A DNA stretch of 64,000 bases from Oceanispirochaeta sp. (GTDB lineage: Bacteria; Spirochaetota; Spirochaetia; DSM-2461), in assembly GCA_963663385.2 (NCBI GenBank), contig CAXXXD010000003.1:1504001-1568000 (forward strand). Reading direction: 5' to 3'. Each line of letters starts with the position of its first letter. Position 1 is the stretch's first letter. The position numbers were made by a program, and so were the translations under genes. Below are positions 49,675-59,690 of the stretch, one piece after another. The notes below the pieces were generated by a model. It worked only from the letters and a program-made list of their open reading frames with translations. It was not told where the DNA came from and did no database searches.

Positions 49675-49688
49675 GTATCTGCAGATAC
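49675..49688. promoter_or_regulatory. Perfect palindrome, candidate Crp/Fnr-family site
   Basis: GTATCTGCAGATAC in the divergent intergenic region between the ABC operon and the Crp/Fnr gene. Confidence 0.6.
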
Positions 49689-49703
49689 AGAGAAGGAGGA
49701 AAA

Positions 49704-50378
49704 ATGAGGGAATATGCCCCGGCCCTGATGCAGTGCCCCTTATTTACCGGAGTGGAATACGAGAAGCTCTTTCAGCAACTGGACGATACGGCATCCCTAT
49801 TCAGGGAATTCCGGAAAAAAGAATACATAATGCGGTCGGACAGACTCTACCCGTTCCTTTCCGTTATCCTCGATGGAACAGTGGAAATACACCGCCCCCT
49901 GCTGAACGGCCGGAACCTGTGCATTGGACTGAGATCGTCAGGCGATCTTTTCGGCGGTGCAACAGTCTTTTATAATGCCACTTCCGGTTGCGATATATTT
50001 GCCAGAACGAAAGTCCGGCTTATGGAGCTGCCTCAGGAAAAAGTCCTAAGGTTATCTGTCCTATTTCCTCAAATCATGCAGAATATGAATAATATGTACA
50101 GCCGGCGGATACTCGCCTACCAGCAGCGACTTGAACTGATGAGTTACTCTTCCATCAAACAGAAAATTGCCTACTACTGCGTGTATATTCTGAAAATGGA
50201 TGAAACCGGCATTCGGCCGTTACCCTTCTCCAAAGCCAAATGGTCGGAATACATGAATGTATCCCGGCCGTCTCTTCTGCGGGAATTGAAAGATCTTTCC
50301 CGGGAAGGTATCCTGACTGCTGAAAACAACTCCATCAGGATTCTGGATAAAGCCGGGCTGGAGGATTATCTGTTTTGA
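49704..50378 (+). CDS. Crp/Fnr-family transcriptional regulator
   Basis: CPLFTG, cNMP-like domain (ILDGTV..GDLFG), HTH MNVSRPSLLRELKDLSREG; ATG 49704 after AAGGAGG. Confidence 0.92.
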   Translation: MREYAPALMQCPLFTGVEYEKLFQQLDDTASLFREFRKKEYIMRSDRLYPFLSVILDGTVEIHRPLLNGRNLCIGLRSSGDLFGGATVFYNATSGCDIFARTKVRLMELPQEKVLRLSVLFPQIMQNMNNMYSRRILAYQQRLELMSYSSIKQKIAYYCVYILKMDETGIRPLPFSKAKWSEYMNVSRPSLLRELKDLSREGILTAENNSIRILDKAGLEDYLF

Positions 50379-50556
50379 TTCGACAGGACGAATCTCTGAT
50401 ACAGGGAGGAAATCCGCTAGATTATTCCCCTTTTATATATAATAGGTAAAATGAACAAATAACTTTTCAATAATGTATTCAACAGCTGACAGCCAGTTTA
50501 ATACTTTATTTTATTGATACATAATACGAGACATAGGGAAATTGACGGAGAATTAT

Positions 50557-51639
50557 ATGGATATAAAACCATCATTGAAGTTTTACACGAAAAAGAATGA
50601 GATAAATCTGATTACCTTTGCCCTGTTGGTGTTATCAGATATCTTCATTGCTGTTCTATTATTTTATGGTCTCAGTCAACAAATCGAACAGTTTACTGAT
50701 GAGTTCGAGTATTTTCCCTATGAATATAGAGATATGCTTATATCAGATGACTGGGTTGAAAATAATATACTGGAAAAAATATCAGATAAAGTATTATTCA
50801 GTATTCGCTCAACTCTCGAAAGAGAAAATCTGATTGAAAAATTACATCCCGGATGCAGGGAAATTCAGATTATATTCTCTGAGGTTGAGAATGATAAAAC
50901 TTTGATTGCGGATTTTCAGATTTATGAGCGATTGCACAAAAACTATAATGCACTGAATCATAGTGAAAAAGAAGGAGAAGAAGGGCAACGGTTACAGGAA
51001 CAGATCAGGATTATTGATAAAAAACTCTTAAATAATCCCTCCCTGAATAATCTTATTGGATTAATATATAAAAATCAGAAATACGACTATACTACGGATA
51101 TCAGCAGATTTCGAAAAATATTTGCCCTTAAGAGAACCTTATTCGATTTTCTGTTTTTACTTCCAATAGTAGCGGCATTTATTTTCTGGAATAGAAAATC
51201 CATCAGAAAAGATCTGTATATTCAGACCATTATTAGCTCTCATTATATAGTTCTTTCTTTTCTACCTGTTCTATTTGAAAGCATCAGATTAATAATTGAG
51301 ATCATTCCAAAAATATTACTTAAAACCATTTACGATTTTCTTTTACAATTAAATCTCATAACAATCTGGTATTATGCTGTTTTAATAATCTCCATATTGT
51401 TTATCGTTTTTGTAATCTGGATCTTTCAGACAAGGATATTCCCAAAAGAAAAAAACAGTATAAAGCTTTATGAGAAGCATAGATGCATGTCCTGTAACAC
51501 AAAGATTGATTATCGAAATAAGTTTTGTCCGATTTGCGGAACAAATCTGCATATTCAATGCGCCGAGTGCAAAGGGGACACAATTAATTTTCTTCCTTTC
51601 TGTCAGAATTGCGGAGCAAAATTGGAAAAAGAAATATGA
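50557..51639 (+). CDS. Membrane protein with C-terminal double zinc ribbon
   Basis: About four TM helices; CMSC..FCPICG..CAEC..FCQNCG; AT-rich; ATG at 50557 after GGAG. Confidence 0.8.
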   Translation: MDIKPSLKFYTKKNEINLITFALLVLSDIFIAVLLFYGLSQQIEQFTDEFEYFPYEYRDMLISDDWVENNILEKISDKVLFSIRSTLERENLIEKLHPGCREIQIIFSEVENDKTLIADFQIYERLHKNYNALNHSEKEGEEGQRLQEQIRIIDKKLLNNPSLNNLIGLIYKNQKYDYTTDISRFRKIFALKRTLFDFLFLLPIVAAFIFWNRKSIRKDLYIQTIISSHYIVLSFLPVLFESIRLIIEIIPKILLKTIYDFLLQLNLITIWYYAVLIISILFIVFVIWIFQTRIFPKEKNSIKLYEKHRCMSCNTKIDYRNKFCPICGTNLHIQCAECKGDTINFLPFCQNCGAKLEKEI

Positions 51640-52334
51640 AGACAACAAATATGAAAATAAAATCGATTCCAGCGATCATATGGGGTGAAAAGTCGGACAA
51701 TATCTATATTTATGTCCATGGAAAGGGCAGCCGTAAAGAAGAAGCGGAAAAACTGGCAGAGGAAGGTATAAAAAAAGGATTCCAGGTTATCAGCTTTGAT
51801 TTTCCGGAACATGGAGAAAGAACAAATAGCAGGGGATCGTTTATAATTCAAAACTGTGTCCATGATTTAAAAGCTGTATATAATTATGTGAGTAACAATT
51901 GGCAAAGAGTTTCGATATATGCCTCCAGTATTGGAGCGTATTTCAGTTTGGTTGCCTTTGAAAACATTACATTCGACAAATGCCTTTTTGAATCACCTGT
52001 AGTGGATATGGAAAAATTAATCACCAATATGATGCGATGGTTTGGAGTAACTGAAGACGATCTTGAAAGGAAGGGAGAAATCGAAATTCCAAATGGAGAA
52101 ACACTCTCCTGGGCATATCTGGAATATGTTAGGGAAAATAAAATAGCAGATTGGAAAAGCAAAACCCATATTATCTACGGCGATAAGGATATACTTGCAG
52201 AAAAGGATGTAGTGGACGGTTTTAAGAATAAATATGGAACCGATATTACTGTTGTCAAGGATGGAGAACACTACCTCCATACGGCAGAGGATTTGAAAGA
52301 GCTGAATATCTGGTTAGGAAAATGTGCTGAATGA
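51636..52334 (+). CDS. Alpha/beta hydrolase
   Basis: YVHG, DFPEHGER, ASSIG nucleophile elbow, IIYGDKD, GEH; ATGA overlap with upstream stop. Confidence 0.88.
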   Translation: MKTTNMKIKSIPAIIWGEKSDNIYIYVHGKGSRKEEAEKLAEEGIKKGFQVISFDFPEHGERTNSRGSFIIQNCVHDLKAVYNYVSNNWQRVSIYASSIGAYFSLVAFENITFDKCLFESPVVDMEKLITNMMRWFGVTEDDLERKGEIEIPNGETLSWAYLEYVRENKIADWKSKTHIIYGDKDILAEKDVVDGFKNKYGTDITVVKDGEHYLHTAEDLKELNIWLGKCAE

Positions 52335-52425
52335 ATTAAGAAATCTTCCGTTGAAACTGTCGAGGGAAGATGTTTTTACTTTTCCTCCAGGCTTCCATCT
52401 CTTACAATTAAATTAGAGGTGCCAC

Positions 52426-54093
52426 ATGAAAAAATACTACATAAGAAGATCAGCAGACGCAGAACCGGAAACCCTGAGAGCCAGTCAGACACTGAAAACC
52501 CTCTTTTCCGATAAAGAATCCGTCAAAGACGGTTTCTCTCTGGTAGCCGCCCGTTACAATAATGAAATCTATTCCCTTAACAGCCATCCGGACATGAACG
52601 GCATAATCAAACCGGTCTACCTGAACAGCAGCGACGGGGTTCGTCTCTACCGGAAAACCCTCTGTTACGTACTGGAAATGGCTGCCAGAAAACTCTTTCC
52701 CGACAGACCCCTTATTCTCAGCCACTCCCTTGGCCAGAGCTACTACTACCACCTGAACAATGATCCCAGCTTTACCGAAGAGGAAATCGGTTCCATAAAA
52801 AAGAAGATGATTTCCCTTATCAGGGAAGACTTCCCCATCATTCCGGATGTAGTTTGCTGGCAGGAAGCTGTGAACTATTTCCGGGAAGCAAAACAGGAGG
52901 ATACGGTGCTTCTCCTGGAAGAGAACAACAACAGCAGGATTGCCATCAACCGGACCGAAGAGTACATGGCTTTGAAACATGAAAGCCTCCTGCCCTCCAC
53001 AGGACAGCTTAAGGTATTCGACCTGATTCCCTATACAGGAGGTTTCCTGCTCCACTACCCTTCCAGCAAAGACCCCCTTACACTGCAGCCCTTTCAGGAC
53101 CAGCCCCTGTTGTTCTCTATTTACAGGGAGTATAAATCCTGGGGAAAGATCCTGAATACCAACACAGCCGGTAAAATGAATGCCATGACAAAGGACAAGC
53201 AGAAGACCACCCATTTTATCCGGGTTTCCGAATCCCTGCATAATAAAAAAATCGCCCAGATCGCCGATCAGGTTCTGCAGAGGAGAGGGGAGGTTAAGGT
53301 GGTTCTGATAGCCGGTCCCTCCTCTTCGGGAAAGACAACCTTCACAAAGAAGCTCTGCACCCAGCTGCAGGTTGTCGGATTCAACCCCATTATGGTCTCA
53401 CTGGATGATTACTACCTCAGCCATGACAAAGTCCCTCTGGATGAATTCGGAAAACCCGACCTGGAAGCTTTATATGCCCTTGATGTCCCTCTGCTGAATA
53501 AAAATCTGCTTCAGCTTTTTTCCGGAGCGGAAACGGAATTCCCTATTTTCGATTTTAAAAAGGGCGGACGCCTGGAAAATGGACGCCTGCTTAAAATGGA
53601 TGAAAGAAGCATCCTTGTTATGGAAGGGATCCATGGCCTGAATAGAGATCTTACACCGGATATCCCCGCATCCCGCAAATTCAAAATCTATATCTCAGCC
53701 TTAACCCAGCTGAATCTGGACGACCATAACAGGATATCGACAACCGATAACCGTCTGATACGGCGTATAGTAAGAGACCATCAGTTCAGGAACTATACGG
53801 CCCTGAAAACCATCCGTATCTGGCCTTCTGTCCGCCGCGGAGAGGACAAAAATATCTTCCCCAATCAGGATCAGGCGGATGCCGCGTTTAATTCTGCTCT
53901 GGATTATGAACTGGCTGTACTGAAAGTATATGCGGAACCACTGATAAAAGGGATAAGTCCTGATCTGGAAGAGTATTCAGAGGCAAAACGGCTCCTGGCA
54001 TTCCTTGAAAATTTCTCCCCCATCCCCTCCTACATGGTACCTGCGGATTCCATACTGAGAGAATTCATAGGAAACAGCAGCTTCAAGTATTAA
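52426..54093 (+). CDS. Nucleoside (uridine) kinase-like protein with N-terminal ThrRS-like domains
   Basis: ThrRS N-terminal-like region; IAGPSSSGKTT, SLDDYY, MEGIHGLN, RLIRRIVRD, SILREFIG. Confidence 0.88.
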   Translation: MKKYYIRRSADAEPETLRASQTLKTLFSDKESVKDGFSLVAARYNNEIYSLNSHPDMNGIIKPVYLNSSDGVRLYRKTLCYVLEMAARKLFPDRPLILSHSLGQSYYYHLNNDPSFTEEEIGSIKKKMISLIREDFPIIPDVVCWQEAVNYFREAKQEDTVLLLEENNNSRIAINRTEEYMALKHESLLPSTGQLKVFDLIPYTGGFLLHYPSSKDPLTLQPFQDQPLLFSIYREYKSWGKILNTNTAGKMNAMTKDKQKTTHFIRVSESLHNKKIAQIADQVLQRRGEVKVVLIAGPSSSGKTTFTKKLCTQLQVVGFNPIMVSLDDYYLSHDKVPLDEFGKPDLEALYALDVPLLNKNLLQLFSGAETEFPIFDFKKGGRLENGRLLKMDERSILVMEGIHGLNRDLTPDIPASRKFKIYISALTQLNLDDHNRISTTDNRLIRRIVRDHQFRNYTALKTIRIWPSVRRGEDKNIFPNQDQADAAFNSALDYELAVLKVYAEPLIKGISPDLEEYSEAKRLLAFLENFSPIPSYMVPADSILREFIGNSSFKY

Positions 54094-54114
54094 TAATACC
54101 CCCCTCGCCCTCTG

Positions 54115-54143
54115 GTAGAGGCGGGTTTCAAACCCGCCTCTAC
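54115..54143. repeat. GTAG-type REP-like perfect palindrome
   Basis: GTAGAGGCGGGTTT-C-AAACCCGCCTCTAC between convergent genes. Confidence 0.75.
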
Positions 54144-57082
54144 TATTCTCCCAGAATCGGCAGGATATCTTCCGGGGGAGACAGCAGATCCGGATCGGCG
54201 TCAGAGATATCACTCAGACTCTCATCACTGCCTTCTATCTCTTCCTCCGGAACTTTTTCAGCCCAGACAGAATCGGGGTATTCGTTCAGAAGCATTTCAC
54301 GGGTCCGGTTGTAACTGTCTGTGTCACCGGCATTCCGGTAGGCCAGAGCCGCTTCATAAAGCCCCCGGCTAACCCACTCTTTCTGATTTTCGTAGCGGTA
54401 ACGAATCCTTAAAAAGGCATCAGCCCCCTCTTTCCACTGCTCCTGACGGATTAAAATGCCTGCCAGATAAAACTGCGCTTCTACCGCAACAGAAGGATAT
54501 TCAGCATCAAGAAGATCCGTAAAGATTCCTTCGGCTTCTTCGATATGACCTTTATTCAATAGATAGACACCCTTATAAAGCCCGATCCTTCTGATTTCCG
54601 TCTCTCCCAATCCCTCTGTTTTTTCCAGATCAAGCAGGAGATTATAGGTTTCTTCCTTATCCAGATCCCTGGAATAAAGAGCCAGACGGATAGCAGCTGC
54701 CACATCGGGATCCAGGGGAAGGTTCAGAATTTCATTAATCAGATACAGTTCATCCTCATCCAGTTCATTCTGCCGCAGGATTGTTTCGATGCGCGAGCCA
54801 ATCTGCCGGGCCCTCAGCTCCGAGGGATAACTGAGAAGAAACTCCTCCATCAGCTTCAGCCTCTCTGCAATGCTCTGTTCAATCGACAGAGCCCTGAACA
54901 GGGAGGTTTCCGAGAGGGGATTATCCGGGTACAGATAGAAAACCTGTTTATAGGCATAGACAGCAGAGGAAAGCAGACCTTTTTCCTGAAAAGCTTCAGC
55001 GGCCCGGAAGAGACCGTCCGGAGGAAGGGGACTGTCGGGGAATTCTTCCTGCAGTGCCTCCAGGTATTCCATTGCTGACTCAAAGTCCTCCTTCATGAAG
55101 TAGGACCAGGCAATCTGATAGAGAATCTCCTCACGGAGAGAAGCATACTCTATAAGCTCAAGAGCCGGGATAAAGCGTTCCAGCGTTTCATCCCAGTCCT
55201 CCAGATAGGAAAGAGCTACACCGGCCCGGTACAGGCTGTCACCGGCCAGCTTGTTTTCCGGATAGTCCGCTGCCAGGGTATCAAAACTCTCCGCCGCTTC
55301 TTTAAACTGAACCAGTCTCAACTGACTCCAGCCCTGCTGATACAGGGCTTCCGCCCTGCGGTAGGGGGTTATGGCTGTTTTGACAGAGAGAGCAAAGTAA
55401 TCGGATGATCGGTAGTAGTTTCCGTCTTCCATGGCTATCTGCCCCAGGTAGTAGTAGGCATCCCCTTTCCAGGCATCCGAGTTCTCCGACTCAATAAGAA
55501 TCGTAAAGATTTCACCGGCATCCTCACGATTTGAGACATTCAGGGCACAGATACCGGTAGACAGAAGAGCCCTGAAATAGAGTTCGTTCTTTTCCGAATT
55601 GGCCAGAATCTGCTCAAAGTATCCCCGTGCCCGTGAAAACTCCTTTCTGAGGGTGTAGATATATCCGATTCTGTACCTGGTTTCGTTTAGAAGAACCGGC
55701 TGATCTTCATCAAGGTTCACAATATTCTGATAAAAGCGGAGGGCACTGTTGTAGTCCCCTTCCCGGTAGGAGATATTTCCCCTCATATAAAGGTAGAGTA
55801 TCTTCTTTTCCGTAGCAGGGAATTCACTCAGCATCCGGTCCAGATGATTTTTCAGAGCCAGGTCCTGGGCATTGCGATCATAGTAAACAGCCATCCACTC
55901 CCCGGTCAGCTCACGGTAGGGACTCTCTTTATACTGATTGAAGAGGCGTTCATACAGGAGGATTGTACGCTCCTTCTCCCCTCTTTCATCATAAAGACGG
56001 CCGCTCTGGTAGAGACTCTCCGAAGCCAGATCGGGATCCAGTCCCCTGGCCGCTTTAAGGTACCATTTCAGTGCCTCATCGGGGGTGTCCTTCCAGGTTC
56101 TGGCAAGGTTGTACTGGATTTTCTGAATCTCCACCGGGTCCGTTTCCGAAGCCAGTAGTGTATTCAGAGAAGCCCTGGCCGTAACCATATCACCGGACTG
56201 GAGGTAACTCTCTGCCAGGACAATATGGGCGTCCATTGTATACTCACTGTCCGGGTATTCGCTATTCAGCAGATTCATATACTCTTTGGCAGACTCCTGA
56301 TTATCGTTCTGCGCATAGAGACTTCCCAGTCGGAAAATAGCCTTTTCACGGTTTTCCGATTCGGAATAGAGGCTGAGAAAAGATTCGAACTTCAGTATGC
56401 TGTTTTGTCTGTCTCCCAGCTGATAGTAGCATTCACCCATATAGAAAGTGACATCCTTCAGAAGAAGAGGGATATCACGGAATTCCACTGTCAGTCTTGA
56501 GAAAAGAGAAAGAGCCTCATCATAGGACTTTTCTCCCAGATAGAGGACCCCCTGCCGTTCCATAGCCTGGGCTATTATGTTTTTTTCCGGTTTAAGATCA
56601 ATCAGATCCTGATAGGCCTTAATCGCCTTTTCCGGTTCGTCGGTTTTTTCGTAGCAGTAGGCCAGAAACTGATAACTCTTCTGAAGAAAGTAGATCTCTT
56701 CGGTGAAACCCGTCTGTTTGAGGAATTCATTTATGGCAAATCGGAAGGAATCATCCGCATAATAGCTCAGTCCTTTCCAGTAGTGAATCCTTTTAAGATA
56801 GGCCGACCCGGGATAGTTGGATTCGTATGAACTGAAATGCCGGATTGTTTCATTGAATCGCTTCAGATAGAAATAGGAGACACCTATCATATAATCCGCC
56901 TGATCCACCCGGGGATCCGCCGGATACTGTTCGATAAATTCCTTAAAACTTTCTACAGCCCGCGAGAACAGCTTATCCGAAAAGGCATCGCGTCCTTCCT
57001 GAAAAAGAGCGGAGCCCGTCTGTCCCCAGGCCGATGTCATTGTTAACGTTATAAGAATCAGAGCAAGCGGTCGTCGTTTCAA
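54143..57082 (-). CDS. Secreted multi-TPR protein (BamD/YbgF-type repeats)
   Basis: Signal peptide; many repeats of the type F..F...YP.S...A.Y..G. Confidence 0.88.
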   Translation of the reverse strand: MKRRPLALILITLTMTSAWGQTGSALFQEGRDAFSDKLFSRAVESFKEFIEQYPADPRVDQADYMIGVSYFYLKRFNETIRHFSSYESNYPGSAYLKRIHYWKGLSYYADDSFRFAINEFLKQTGFTEEIYFLQKSYQFLAYCYEKTDEPEKAIKAYQDLIDLKPEKNIIAQAMERQGVLYLGEKSYDEALSLFSRLTVEFRDIPLLLKDVTFYMGECYYQLGDRQNSILKFESFLSLYSESENREKAIFRLGSLYAQNDNQESAKEYMNLLNSEYPDSEYTMDAHIVLAESYLQSGDMVTARASLNTLLASETDPVEIQKIQYNLARTWKDTPDEALKWYLKAARGLDPDLASESLYQSGRLYDERGEKERTILLYERLFNQYKESPYRELTGEWMAVYYDRNAQDLALKNHLDRMLSEFPATEKKILYLYMRGNISYREGDYNSALRFYQNIVNLDEDQPVLLNETRYRIGYIYTLRKEFSRARGYFEQILANSEKNELYFRALLSTGICALNVSNREDAGEIFTILIESENSDAWKGDAYYYLGQIAMEDGNYYRSSDYFALSVKTAITPYRRAEALYQQGWSQLRLVQFKEAAESFDTLAADYPENKLAGDSLYRAGVALSYLEDWDETLERFIPALELIEYASLREEILYQIAWSYFMKEDFESAMEYLEALQEEFPDSPLPPDGLFRAAEAFQEKGLLSSAVYAYKQVFYLYPDNPLSETSLFRALSIEQSIAERLKLMEEFLLSYPSELRARQIGSRIETILRQNELDEDELYLINEILNLPLDPDVAAAIRLALYSRDLDKEETYNLLLDLEKTEGLGETEIRRIGLYKGVYLLNKGHIEEAEGIFTDLLDAEYPSVAVEAQFYLAGILIRQEQWKEGADAFLRIRYRYENQKEWVSRGLYEAALAYRNAGDTDSYNRTREMLLNEYPDSVWAEKVPEEEIEGSDESLSDISDADPDLLSPPEDILPILGE

Positions 57083-57100
57083 GACAGTTCTCCCGATGGG

Positions 57101-59584
57101 TTATTTTTTCAGAGCCTTTGTTCTGGATTTCATAAGGATTCTCCCGTTCCGAAGTTCTCCGGCAATGGTTGCCCCCGGCTGAAAACGGCCCTCCAGGATT
57201 CCCAGCGAAATGGGGTCTTCGATCTCCTTCTGGACAGCTCTCCTGAGGGGTCTGGCTCCGTAGGTAACATCATACCACTTTGATATAAGAAAATCTTTAA
57301 CTTTTCGCGAAATTTCCAGTTCGATTCCCCGGGGAGTCAGGCGCTGCTGTACCTCTTCCAGTTCCAGATTAAGAACGGAAAGGATGTCTTTTTCACTGAG
57401 AGTTTGAAACATGCAGATTTCATCTATACGATTCAGAAACTCCGGTCGAAAAAGACGCTTGAGCTCATTCATGGCAGTGGAGCGCAGCTCGCTCAAAGCA
57501 GGACCGCCCTTATTAATCTGAAACCCCGGAGAAGTCCGGGCCATATCCCTGGCCCCCACATTGGAAGTCATGATCACCACAGTGTTTTTAAAGGAGATGC
57601 GATGCCCCAGATTATCCTGAAGCTCCCCCTCCTCCAGAACCTGAAGCAGAAGGTTATACACATCCATATGGGCCTTTTCAATTTCATCCAGAAGAATAAC
57701 GCTGTAGGGCTGACGCCGGATTTTTTCCGTAAGCATCCCCCCTTCCTCATACCCCACATAACCGGGAGGAGAACCTACCAGGCGGGAGACATTATGTTTC
57801 TCCATAAAATCGGACATATCGATGCGGATAAGCGCGTCTGCAGAACCGAACAGGAATTTGGCCAGGGTTTTAGCCAGCAGGGTTTTTCCCACACCGGTCG
57901 GTCCCAGAAAGATGAAGGAACCGAGAGGCCTGGAGGGAGAGTTGAGTCCCGTGCGTGAACGTCTGATGGCCGAGGCAACCGTACTGATGGCATCCTCCTG
58001 ACCGATAACCGTTTTATGGAGCTCTTTCTCAATCAGCAGCAGTTTATCCGATTCACTCTGAACAAGCTGAGTAATGGGAATACCCGTATTTTCGGAAATA
58101 ATATTCTGAATCTCCACTATGCCTATCAGATTGCGTTCCTCCCGGAGAGTTGTTCGCCAATCGTTTTTCATCCTTTCAATATCCGCTCTCAGGGTGCGTA
58201 CATTATCCCGTACAGCAGCGGCCTTCTCATAATTCTGGGCGTTAACAAAGGAGATTTTTTCGGCAGTCAACTGGGCGATTTTATCTTCAAGATCGGAAAT
58301 TTCTATGGGCTGTACCGCGTTGCTCATCCGCTTTCCCGCTCCCGCTTCGTCCAGCAGGTCGATTGCCTTGTCAGGGAGGCAGCGATCTGTTACATAACGG
58401 GATGAAAGTTCTGCGGCAGCCCTGACCGCCTCGTCCGAGTATGTCACATTATGATGGTCCTCATACCGCTGCCTGATTCCCTTGAGTATGGTGATGGTCT
58501 CATCAATGGTCGGCTCTTCCACCAGAACACTCTGAAAACGCCGTTCCAGGGCTGGATCCTTTTCTATGTGTTTTTTATACTCGTTCAGGGTGGTAGCACC
58601 GATACACTGAAGCTCTCCCCGCGAGAGGGCCGGCTTGAGCATATTGGACGCATCGATTGCCCCCTCTGCCCCTCCTGCCCCGATAATGGTGTGCAGTTCG
58701 TCGATAAACAGGATGATATCACCTCTCTGTTCTATTTCCTTGAGAATTTTTTTCAGGCGTTCCTCGAATTCACCCCGGTATTTTGTACCGGCCACGATAG
58801 AAGCCAGATCAAGACTGATAACTTTTTTCCCGCTGAAAAAGTCCGGGGCCGATCCGTTTTGAATCCGGATGGCCAAACCCTCCACCACAGCGGTTTTTCC
58901 GACCCCCGGCTCACCTATCAGAACAGGATTGTTTTTGGTACGTCTGGCGAGTATCCGAAGAACCCGGTTGATCTCCCGTTCCCGCCCGATGACCGGATCC
59001 AGTATGTTTTTGGCAGCCATTGCGGTCAGGTCCCTGGAGTACTCCTTCAGCAGCCCCGGTACTTCCCGGTTTCCCCCTGATGAGGAGGGAGTAATTTTCA
59101 CGCTGTGAGACAGATTCTCCATATTCTGATTTTTCTGGCGTTTCCTGTTAATATCGTATAGAACGCTCCTGAGGATTTCTGTTGTTATATTGTAGGCAGA
59201 GAGGTACATGGCTGTGGTACTGCCCGGTTCACCGGCACCGGCTATAATAAAATGTTCCGTACCGATAAATTCATGATGCAGAGCTGTCGCTTCATTGGCA
59301 GCGCTTTCCAGCAGAAAACGAAGCCGGCTGGAAGGAGGAACTTCTCCTACAGTGAGATTGACAAATTCGGGAGCGGGAATGGATTTTTCAATCTCTTCCT
59401 GCATCTCCCTGACATTAATTCCCAGTTTACGCAGCAGATGGAATCCGCTTCCTTCCTTATCCTTTATAACAGCCAGGATAACATGCTCGGGCAGGAGTTT
59501 TTCAGACCTAATTTTCTTTGCTTCTTCCTGTGCCAGAACTGATAATACCCGCTGGGCTTCACGACTCAAACCTTTCAGCATCAC
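57101..59584 (-). CDS. clpC: ATP-dependent Clp protease ATP-binding subunit ClpC
   Basis: Two Clp-N repeats, [16 protein letters not shown] middle domain, [24 protein letters not shown]. Confidence 0.95.
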   Translation of the reverse strand: MMLKGLSREAQRVLSVLAQEEAKKIRSEKLLPEHVILAVIKDKEGSGFHLLRKLGINVREMQEEIEKSIPAPEFVNLTVGEVPPSSRLRFLLESAANEATALHHEFIGTEHFIIAGAGEPGSTTAMYLSAYNITTEILRSVLYDINRKRQKNQNMENLSHSVKITPSSSGGNREVPGLLKEYSRDLTAMAAKNILDPVIGREREINRVLRILARRTKNNPVLIGEPGVGKTAVVEGLAIRIQNGSAPDFFSGKKVISLDLASIVAGTKYRGEFEERLKKILKEIEQRGDIILFIDELHTIIGAGGAEGAIDASNMLKPALSRGELQCIGATTLNEYKKHIEKDPALERRFQSVLVEEPTIDETITILKGIRQRYEDHHNVTYSDEAVRAAAELSSRYVTDRCLPDKAIDLLDEAGAGKRMSNAVQPIEISDLEDKIAQLTAEKISFVNAQNYEKAAAVRDNVRTLRADIERMKNDWRTTLREERNLIGIVEIQNIISENTGIPITQLVQSESDKLLLIEKELHKTVIGQEDAISTVASAIRRSRTGLNSPSRPLGSFIFLGPTGVGKTLLAKTLAKFLFGSADALIRIDMSDFMEKHNVSRLVGSPPGYVGYEEGGMLTEKIRRQPYSVILLDEIEKAHMDVYNLLLQVLEEGELQDNLGHRISFKNTVVIMTSNVGARDMARTSPGFQINKGGPALSELRSTAMNELKRLFRPEFLNRIDEICMFQTLSEKDILSVLNLELEEVQQRLTPRGIELEISRKVKDFLISKWYDVTYGARPLRRAVQKEIEDPISLGILEGRFQPGATIAGELRNGRILMKSRTKALKK

Positions 59585-59690
59585 AACCTCGCTTATAAAT
59601 AAAAGGGTTTAGAATTCCCCCTGATACATTAAGTTTATTAAATTATTACGCCCGGGTACAGTTTTTTTCCCAATTGAATGAATTTTCGCA

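Larger units (their letters stand above)
38682..52350. mobile_element. Mosaic accessory island downstream of tRNA-Asn (no integrase or att duplication seen)
   Basis: Abrupt alternation of AT-rich and GC-rich blocks, gene fragments and accessory genes between tRNA-Asn and core genes resuming at 52426. Confidence 0.65.

Noticed and set aside
50478..50540. ATTCAAC as a possible attC inverse core
   Set aside because: No matching GTTRRRY core or stem at a suitable distance.
52335..52425. Possible attR at the island's right border
   Set aside because: No copy of the tRNA-Asn 3' end; only an imperfect terminator-like hairpin (ATCTTCC/GGAAGAT).
52426..54093. ThrRS-N-terminal/uridine kinase fusion as a novelty
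   Set aside because: Known architecture in spirochaetes and other anaerobes.
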